From: Eledone cirrhosa
Taxonomy: Eukaryota
Assembly (NCBI GenBank): GCA_964016885.1
Contig: OZ024746.1
Span: forward strand, 58,404,001 to 58,468,000
Length of the DNA: 64,000 nt
Reading direction: 5' to 3'
Below are positions 53,887 through 64,000 of the stretch, in pieces. Position 1 is the first letter of the stretch. Each line of letters opens with the position of its first letter. The position numbers and the translations under genes are program-made. The notes beneath the pieces are model-generated. The model saw nothing but the letters and a program-made list of their open reading frames with translations. It did not search any database and was not told where the DNA came from.

Positions 53887-54500
53887 TCCCACTTCACCCA
53901 CTTATTTCTGAGAGGGTCGTGGGGGAAGAGTCCTTCTCAAACACTCCTTCCAGCGAGTCTATTAATAGCAATCATCTCTAACTGATCCAGCTGGATCCAA
54001 AGTGTGACCAGCCAAGCTGATGGATGTTATCTAACTATCTTGTTGAGGGTCTACCTCTGGGTCTCTTGCCTGTTTGTTTTGCCTGTAAAATGTGTCCAGC
54101 GATTCTTTACTGAGACATTCTAACCATATGCTCATAATATCGGAGTTGTGATCTCTCAATTCGGAGAAGTATCGGGTTTACCAGGAGTGACTTATGCAAT
54201 TTATTGAGTAGCGTTATCCCCATTTCTGCCACATTTATTTGCAATTGTATTCTTTTGGTCATTACTCAAGATTCATGGTCCTCGGTAAGAGTTGGCATGA
54301 ATACCAGGAAGACAGCGAGTTTGGCTTTTACACCTACCCACCTTCATCTAATTGCTGAATGCTGAGGCTGGCGCATTACTGCATCAGCTTTTGCAATGCT
54401 TGCACTTAATGCAGACTCCTGCATTCCATCACTCATGAACACGGCTCCAAGATACTTGAACGTCTCTAACTGCTTCAGTAAAACTCCATTCACATGTATA
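53887..54500 (-). mobile_element. RTE-clade LINE 3' fragment
   Basis: FKYLGAVF.SDG, KAKLAVF, IERSQLRY..HMVRM, TGKRPRGRP motifs. Confidence 0.8.
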
Positions 54501-54624
54501 TACATTTGAGGGACTTCTGTCCACCCGTACATCACGCAATGTACATGTGTGTTTGTGTGAATGTATGTGTGTGTAAAAGGATGGAAATGGATACACATAT
54601 ATATATGCGCACATACACACACTG

Positions 54625-55292
54625 TCCTATTACGACTCAAGATATTTGGCCCGGGCAAACATCCCCTCAATTTTGAAACCGTCTGGGTTGTCCTGAATTG
54701 ATGGTCTTACTCTGTGCTCCTGTTCAAGCGGCCTTACCTGGGACGTCAGAGTTAGTGACTCTTTTGCTTCTTCCCACATTCTGGATGCAGCGGTAAGGGC
54801 GAGAGCTACAGCATCCGCAGCTGAACGGAGCAAAATCCTAAAATTCCGTGTTAACTACATTATCTAGTCTGTGGCGTTCGGCGTTTGGGGGAGTCGGACT
54901 ACTGACAGCGAGGTTCTTATCTTCACTGGCGGCTCGCCAAACAGAGGTAACTGGTGATGCTCGTGGGGGCACTTGGTTGTTCCAGCACCTCAGCCTCGCC
55001 GTCACGCCAGGTAACGCTGCGAGCGTGCTAGCTTGCCTAAAAAATTATTAGAGAGGTTTCCCAGTGCTCCTCGCTATATTGCTATATTTTGCTTTAGTAG
55101 CGGCTCGTTTTTTCTCACTTTTTCGCCTGCATATTGTTCTGTAGTCTAAGTTGTGTGTATTACCTGCTCGTGTATTTTTCTCATTCTATTTTTCCTTTCC
55201 CTTTCCTTTGTATATATCATATTTGTTAGTGTTTTCGTTGTGTCACCTTCATATTAAATGAGTTTAGAAAAAAGAGTTAATAAATAAATAAA
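54625..55292 (+). mobile_element. CRE-clade non-LTR element 3' fragment (restriction-like endonuclease)
   Basis: DGLTL, WDVRVSD, AAERSK, FLSSLA..GDARG..LFQHLSLAV..GNAASVL; (TAAA)n tail. Confidence 0.8.
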
Positions 55293-55810
55293 ACGTTATG
55301 CGTGCATTACCATCCCATTTCCACTCCACCGAACGCTATCATGACTGTATGTGTGTGTTTGTGTAAATGTATATGTGTGGAAGTATGTGCGAATGTATGT
55401 GTATTTGTGTGAATTATGTCCGTGGGGTCTATTTTTATAGATTATAGTTGCGCGATTATAGTTATGTACTCATAATAGTTATGTACTCATACATATAGAT
55501 GTATGTATGTGCACACTCATAGGCGTCAGCATGTAGAAAATCATAATCTCTCTATCTCTCTTATCACACACTCTCTCTTTCTATATATATGGTAGTTGAA
55601 GTGGTGGTGGTGGTGACGACGATATACCGGAGGTGTAACTTTGAAAAGAAGTCAATTTTAAATTATTTTTACGAAATGATTTATGTTTAAGAAATTTAGT
55701 ACATAAATTATGTAATGTTCATTCATTATTTATTCAAAGTAATCCAACTTATTTTACTAACTGGATTAAAAGAAATAAACCGTACGCAGTCCCGCAGACC
55801 TTCCTTTATT

Positions 55811-55906
<96 letters not shown>

Positions 55907-56585
55907 GAAGAGATTAAAGTTTAGGCAAATAATCGCTGATTTAACCCTTAACTATATATTACATATATATATATATGTGGGGGAGGGTATGTATGTGTGT
56001 GTGTGCATGCTTGTGTGTTGTGTATGTATGTGTTGAAGGAATATCCAGAACGTAAATACATAGAAAAGGACAGGTATCGTCCGCCAGAAGGATGAAACAT
56101 ATAGTTGACCTCGTCGAGATATGATCTCAAAGAGATATGATCTCTTAGAGAGCCGGAACAAATTTTTTTCATCATTGATCCCTTATTTATTACCGGAGTC
56201 AGTGGAGTCAGAGGGACACAATTATGTTGGCATTTATACATCGTGTAACCTAGTCTCTCTAACTTTGACAAGAGTCTATATTTTCTTGAGAAAAATAAGA
56301 AAAAGAAATCGAGAAAGAAATCCCATTTCCCGTGTTCAATCTGTACTATATTTAACCCGAAAGAATGAACGTAAAAAATTGAACTCATTGCACTGAGGAC
56401 CAGAACGAATAATGCAAAGCATTCTATTTATCACACGCACGGCCCCGCCGAATCCGCGCCTTCCAAATATATGATTCTTCTATATTCTCAAGAAGAAAAT
56501 GCATCTAAATATTCAGGTACTTTTGTGTTATGTTTGAGCTTATATCCTAGAATTATTATATTTTTCCCTTGCTTCTCTCATTTTT

Positions 56586-56669
<84 letters not shown>

Positions 56670-57044
56670 TAACTGTTCGACTTTTTTCCCTTTCGTCTGT
56701 CCTCCCATTTCCTTATCTAATATAATCGCATATAATTGGTCAATCAGGCGTGAATATACATTCCCTTAACTGCCAAAATACATCGGTCTAATTACAGTTG
56801 TACCTTAGATAGAATATTCGCTCTATATATATCATATTAGAATATTTCACCAAACAAAGGCCAAGAAAGGATTTACCTTTTCGTTCCTTTCCCTCTCGGC
56901 CTTTACTCTCTGAACACAGCTATTATTGATATAATGCTAAAGTTCTTTCTGCAAATTGGGGATATTTTACCTACATATTTATCATACGTGTTTACACGCA
57001 GATATATACACTCATGCACACACAAACACACCGACCCACACGCA

Positions 57045-57390
<346 letters not shown>

Positions 57391-58708
57391 TATATATACA
57401 TACAGGCTTGTGGGAGATAGAATTTATTCATGTATAACTAATCCGCGGAACGTTTGGTTATAAACCCCCCAATACTTAATAAATCTCTAAACTATATTTA
57501 TATTAATATATTTGCCTCACAATCAATATATCTATTTGTTGCATTAATATATGTCACGCTAAAAATATATTATGGCAATGCAATGTCAGAATAACATTTT
57601 TTTTTTTTCATCTTTACACTGGAGAAGAAACGAGAAGAAGAAACACAGCATATACATATCTTTCTCAGTGCTTCCTCATAAATCACGTTAAGAAAGAATT
57701 GTGATATTCTGATTCCATTTCTTATGTTTTTACGTGTTTTACCTTCGTCCAAACATAGTAACTGTTTGTGAGAATGATGAGGCAGATGAAACAGAAATAA
57801 TGGCGTAAATCAAATTAACAGATACAGCAACGCTCACCTCTTATTTTTTTGTTTCATTTCACTTCCCCAACCATCATTTTGAACCATGACTACACAGACA
57901 GTTTTGCAATAACATTCTTTGGAAATGATAGAATGGTGTTGTGTGGAACAGAGTGGATAGGAGTAGAATGGAGAGGGTTTGATCGGCGAAGAGGGTGAGG
58001 AAAATAAGAGAGGTGGTGCTGGGAGGATAGATAATTACAAAGGGCATCATACAAACACTTTGGCTAATACATCGATGCTGTTATTTTAGAGGAGTTTATT
58101 TTGGACATAAATACACCTACCAATACATCTAACAGTGTAATTGCCACTTTCAGCTGACAGCTGAATCTGTATGACGTGATATAGTCCAAGTGTTTGCCAC
58201 ATCAATCGTCGTGTTTCGTTTCCGTAGCCATGTTGGGAACCTAACGAAATGCCCAGTGATCAGAGGGCAGGATCTGTCACGGCATGAGTCAAGATGGAGC
58301 ATAAAAATAATGGAGGAAATAGAGAAGGCTGTTGCCAATGCGTGGCTGGGTTGTCACACGATTCTGATATTGAGTGAGCTATTGCAATAATCAACTAGAG
58401 AGTCAAACAACTACCACCACCAACCTGAAAATTGCAATGAACCAGTCGTGAGGTAATATCAGATTAAAAGAGAAGAATAAGAGAAATTAGACGTAAAATC
58501 AGACCGAAAATAGAAATAAAATATGACAGTGATAGAGAAGTGGAGAGCAGAAAGTTAAGAAAGAAAAGAACGAAAGAATATAGGAACATGAATGAGGTAC
58601 GGTGGCGATTGTACTGTGGCGTGTTTCGAGAGAGAAAGAGATGATTAGAAAGGTGTTTAGAATAAGAGACAGGGAGAGAGACTGTGTGCGTGTTTTTGTG
58701 TGGTTTAG

Positions 58709-58742
<34 letters not shown>

Positions 58743-58999
58743 GTGTGGAGGGGGGGGGGGGGAAGATATTGATAGGTTGTGGTTAGGAAGTTAAGTGGAT
58801 GGGGTGGAGTGGAGATGAAATTGGAGAAAGGAAAAGAGAAATCAACAAATAGAAAGATTAGAAAACTTGAAAAAATAGATAAACAGATCGAAAAAACGAA
58901 TAAGACAATTTATATAAATGTATACACATAAACTTACACATGCAGAAATAAGTACACACGCATACACAACGTACATATATATGTGTTTTTGTGAATATG

Positions 59000-59053
<54 letters not shown>

Positions 59054-59375
59054 GAGAGAAATACACACACTGTACAAAAACAGATGTATACATATATATA
59101 TATATGTATATGTGTGTGTGTGTGGGTGTGTGTATTAGAATTATATATATATATATATATATGTATACATATAAAAGCCCAAATTTTGCATCCTACGCCT
59201 AAGATATATCTTTATATATATATTGTTATACTTTGGGAGGGTCATGTTGCCAATAAGAAACACACGCACCAGTTACTTTCACTTCAATATATTATAATAA
59301 ATTTATAATAAATTTATAAATTTATAAATTTCTGGTTGGTTGGTTGGTTCCACAACCAGATAGTTCTTTATGTAT

Positions 59376-59420
59376 AGTCATAGTTCTTTCGTCACACACT
59401 CTGTGACCTCTTCAGTGACT
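59376..59420 (-). ncRNA. Minimal type I HHR, intact
   Basis: AGTCA-CTGAAGA-G-GTCAC-AGAGTGT-GTGAC-GAAAGAACTA^TGACT. Confidence 0.8.
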
Positions 59421-59431
59421 GGGGATTCCTA

Positions 59432-59489
59432 CGCCATTTTGTTTCAGTGTGTGTGTTGTGTGCTCAGTCTGCGCATGCGCCACATCCGG
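59432..59489 (-). promoter_or_regulatory. Putative pseudo-LTR promoter motifs (ETS, NRF1, YY1-like)
   Basis: CCGGATGT, GCGCATGCGCA and AAAATGGCG in that order just 5' of the HHR. Confidence 0.45.
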
Positions 59490-60114
59490 GTGTCTGTGTG
59501 TGTTTATTTTCATTTATTTATTTGTTTATTTACATGTTACTGGTTAGTTGTTTGTTCTATGTGTGTGTGTGTTTTCATTTTGTCCTTAATTGTAAGCTGT
59601 GATGTTGCTGTTCCACTCATATTTTCTATTTAATTTTGGTTGTAATTCTTTTATGTTAATTGCCTCTGTAATTTGTCTAAACATTGCGTCTTTTCTGTGT
59701 GTAGATTCTATTTTTATTTCTATGTTCTCTAATTTACCCTTGTGTTCTATTTTAGCATGTTGGTAGAGTACAGATGATTCTTTACTATCTTGAAGGTCTC
59801 GCCAGTGTTCATTTATCCGTTCCCCTACACTACGAGCTGTCTCACCTATGTACACTATATTTTTGTCTCTACATTGTCCTTCAGTACATCTTATGCTATA
59901 CACTACATTTCTAGTTTTACAGTTAATATGGGGGCTTATTTTACAGGTTATACATTTCTTATCTATACATGAGGGTCTTTGAAAAGGGTATGTCTTGCTA
60001 ATAAGTGTTTTTACGGAGGTATCTGGTCTTTCTACTATCTTAATATTGAGTTTATGTTTATTTAGGGCTCTTCTAAATGTGTAAGCTAATTCACCTCTAG
60101 GGGTTATATATATA

Positions 60115-60149
<35 letters not shown>

Positions 60150-60151
<2 letters not shown>

Positions 60152-60254
60152 CGAAGGAAATGTGGTAAGGAACCAGGTGGACCATAACGCACCAAAGTAC
60201 TCAATAGTTGGGGTAGTAGAGTGGGTAATAGGAACCAGTAAGACCCCGACGGCT
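60150..60254 (-). mobile_element. Family A 3' end truncated in HHR stem III
   Basis: Ends GACCCCGACGGCT; TA flanks. Confidence 0.85.
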
Positions 60255-60270
60255 ACATATATATATATAT

Positions 60271-60922
60271 GTAGAGGTTATATTAATTTGTTGGGATAAA
60301 ACAAGCAAAATATTTTTATAACTGATATAAAGCACTCAACAAATTATTGGAGTAAATACAATATATTAACAAATGGAAACTATATTTATAAAACCTTATT
60401 TATTTCATTATACATATTTCAAGGGCCACCAAGGCAAATAAAATTCTTCAACTTATCATTATAATGAATCCGGCTATTATTATTTATCCACGCTTTATTG
60501 TTTATCCACGCTATGGTATTCATCCACGCTCTATTCATTTCTTCGCTTCTTCTCTCAAAATAAGCTATTACTATCCTTATAACTAATATTCTCTCTCACT
60601 TAAATATACTCACGTTTTTTCCTCTTTTCTTTCTTTATTTTTTCCCTATTCCAACGGCTTATTTAAATATACTGTTATTTAAACCTTTCCGACACAAATT
60701 TGCATAATAAAACCAACAATAAATCTAATAACTCCACTATCCAGGAGATTCCAACCAGAATGGTTGCATTTTTTCAGGGTATGTCAATATTTATTTATAA
60801 AACTAACCTATATTATATTTTATCTGATGAAAGCACACCATAAATTGCCTTGGTGGCCCTTGAAATATGTATAATGAAATAAATATGGTTTTATAAATAT
60901 AGTTTCCATTTGTTAATATATT
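60271..60922. mobile_element. Family B inverted element; HHR at 60816-60881 (+)
   Basis: 60361-60437 is the reverse complement of 60845-60922; TATTTTAT-CTGATGA-AAGCACACCA..TGGTGGCCCTT-GAAATATGTATA^ATGAAATA. Confidence 0.85.
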
Positions 60923-61011
60923 ATATATATATATATACTCATATATTGTAGGCGTAGGAAGCAATATTTCGGCTTTTCACTGCACCAAGAATTATAAACT
61001 AACTGAATAGC

Positions 61012-61200
61012 AGGTGGATTGGCAGTATCGGTAGAGGGTCGGACAACATGCTTTGAAGCAAAGAGTTACGTCCCTTTATGGTCTGAGTTCAAATCCCGCC
61101 GAGGTTAACTTTGCCTTTCATCGTTAAGGGGGTCGATAAAATAAAGTACCAGTAATACACTGGGATGATTGCTGGCCTTGTGCTAAAAGTAGAAACAAGT
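61012..61200 (+). mobile_element. tRNA-derived SINE
   Basis: Box A/B, body and tail as in 768-956. Confidence 0.9.
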
Positions 61201-61254
61201 ATATTTGGTGAATTTCTGGCTGTCAAATGTGTTTGTCTTCTGTTCTATATACTA

Positions 61255-62043
61255 CTAGCAGAATGGCCCGGTGTTGCTCGGGATTTGCTATAGGGTTCTT
61301 ATATATTTGATATATATTTATCCTTATCGAACCTCGTGAAATAAATACGTTTGTTTATATTTTGTTATTGTGTATGCAAAAATATCTGTCCATAAATATA
61401 TAATTATATATATATATATATTAAAATAACAGACTAAAGTTTAAGCAAAGAATCACTGCTTTCACCCTTAACGGGATATTCCACCTAAAAGCAGTATGAA
61501 GTACATACACTAAGACTAATTGATGTAATCTTTGGCCTTGTTTGTTTATATTTTGTTTTTGTGTATGCAAAAATAGCTGTACACGAATATCTATATTAAA
61601 ATAACATATTAATGTTTAAGCAAAGAATCGCTGCTTTCAACCATTAACGGGATATTCTTAAACTAAAAAAATCAATCTGGAAAACAGGAAGACGATACTT
61701 TGGTTCGTAAAGACGTTCCCTGGTATAAGAATATATATACACACACACACTGATCGCGTCATAATGACGTAATGCAGACAGTCAGGCATACATACAGATA
61801 TTATGAAGGCGCGACGTCATATCTATGTATCTATCTAAAAAGTGAAAGACTAAGAGAAAGAGAAAGAGATCGCTAAATCGCCTAATGCGGTCCCTGGGGC
61901 ATTGAAAATTTGAAATTGTTTTGGCTCAAAACACTTCCGGGGTCATACGAGCTACATGTATAAAGTTTGAAAAAAACCGGTTGGGTACTTCTCGAGTTTT
62001 AGGGAAACAGACACACAGACATCCTCTGTTTTATATATATTGA
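61255..62043 (-). mobile_element. Non-autonomous Helitron
   Basis: Minus strand A|TC..TATATATAAAA start with GTCT-type repeats; 3' hairpin CCCG-AGCAACAC-CGGG then CTAG|T; internal duplication. Confidence 0.8.
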
Positions 62044-62312
62044 TATGTTTACGTAAAATTGAGTTTCGTGTGGAAACTTAAAGGAGCTCATTGCCGCAAG
62101 ATATTCAGGTTCATCATGTCAAAGTATGCTGGGTTGACCTTGGTTTATTCTTCATTGTTGAGCTACTACCTGCTCTTTCAAATATTCACAAAGAAAGTAC
62201 ATCATCACTCTAGATGATATTAGTTCAAACAGTTCATGAATGCGTGGGAGATACTGCATCATCAACTGCGTCACACTCACTCACACACACTCACATACAC
62301 ATGTATATATAG

Positions 62313-62406
<94 letters not shown>

Positions 62407-62576
62407 GTTTTATTCAAAATATTAATAAATGAAAAATATTCTCATAATCGAAATATATATTTTATTATACATATTTCAAAGGTACAATGGTCTTTAAGTA
62501 CGTTTCCATCAGACAAAATATAAGATTTGAAGGGACATACCGCTACGGTTTTGATTATTCAATCCCAGTATTGGAA

Positions 62577-63035
<459 letters not shown>

Positions 63036-63042
63036 ATATATA

Positions 63043-63074
<32 letters not shown>

Positions 63075-63227
63075 GATGGATTCTGTAAGACCATTACATA
63101 TAGCATGGTCATATGAAAGGTTCAGGACCCCGACGGCTGAGCTGTTGCCATTTCAACAGCTAGTTTAGTCTGGAACTAGGTTTTGAAACGGCAAGATCTC
63201 AGTCGTCGGGGTCCTGACCTTTTCATA
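63075..63227. mobile_element. Family-A-related fold-back, centred in HHR stem/loop II
   Basis: Arms 63111-63165 and 63173-63227 with GAAACGGC..AGTCGTC^GGGGTC. Confidence 0.75.
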
Positions 63228-63243
63228 TATATATATATATATA

Positions 63244-63285
<42 letters not shown>

Positions 63286-63323
63286 CGCGCGTGTGTGTGT
63301 GTGTATGTGTGTGTGTGTGCGTG

Positions 63324-63417
<94 letters not shown>

Positions 63418-63737
63418 TGCGTTTGTAGGAGGGCTGTTTGTGGGAGGGTCTGTGTCTTTCTCTGTCTGTATTTCTGTGTATGGCAGCTTCTGAAAGCCGG
63501 TACCAAAGAAATAAGAACCATCAAATATTTCTATCTTACTTATCTAATAACTGGTTAGATATCATTCTAACTTTTCCTATAAAACTAGCAAAATAAACAT
63601 TGAGAGCATGGACGACTACAACAAAAACACCATCTTTAGCAACTCCAGATTAACACCAGCAATACAACCTCTACCAACAGCAACAACAACTACTACTACT
63701 ACTACTACTGCTGCTACTAATGCTGCTGCTACAGCTG

Positions 63738-63769
<32 letters not shown>

Positions 63770-64000
63770 GTTACTACAATTACTACTACTACTACTGTTG
63801 CTGCCACTGCTGCGCCGTCCCTGAACAACAAATGCAAAATATAAAGCGATTACAGGATGTGCAATGATAAATTCTATTTTGCTTTAAAATTTGAACGAAA
63901 TCGGTGGCAAAATGTGGGAGCTAGAGCCAAAAATCTTATTTTTCGATATCTAAAAAAAGGTGATCCCCTTATCGATTTTTATCTGCAAAATGACCCCGGA

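Larger units (their letters stand above)
59222..60103 (-). mobile_element. 5'-truncated Nematis-like PLE with open GIY-YIG frame
   Basis: ORF 59586-60103: TPRGELA, CIDKKCITC..NCKTRNVVYSIRC..VYIGETARSVGERINEH..LNRKYEW; TA flanks. Confidence 0.9.

Noticed and set aside
55948-56388. 146-aa minus-strand ORF
   Set aside because: No recognisable domain and it ends in microsatellite
58154-58452. Exon-like segment (TTTCAG ... GAG|GTAATA)
   Set aside because: All three plus-strand frames contain stops; at most a non-coding exon, and unsupported

Overview
AT-rich, microsatellite-dense eukaryotic DNA. The SINE families suggest an octopod cephalopod, which is an inference. There is one recognisable host gene, an intronless SNX24-like PX-domain CDS with a single 1-nt frameshift in a homopolymer, plus one candidate terminal exon. 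Almost everything else is repeat: tRNA-derived SINEs (often as dimers), CORE-type SINEs, decayed Tx1/L1, RTE, CRE and R4-like LINEs, hAT, Chapaev3 and Helitron relics, and many Penelope-like element (PLE) derivatives. The main signal is that many (TA)n tracts hold short non-coding PLE-type ends from several sequence families (my labels A-H, plus Nematis-like and Neptune-like coding copies). They are often fold-back palindromes and carry type I hammerhead ribozyme (HHR) motifs; about 18 intact or degenerate copies can be folded by eye. About half of the inversion breakpoints fall inside the ribozyme. Several families share an ACTC..GAGT hairpin just past the short-arm end, and one family is a 635-nt non-coding partial-tandem unit resembling a retrozyme. 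Most ORFs in the track are microsatellite artefacts. Element boundaries were read by eye and are approximate unless a TSD or terminal motif is cited.
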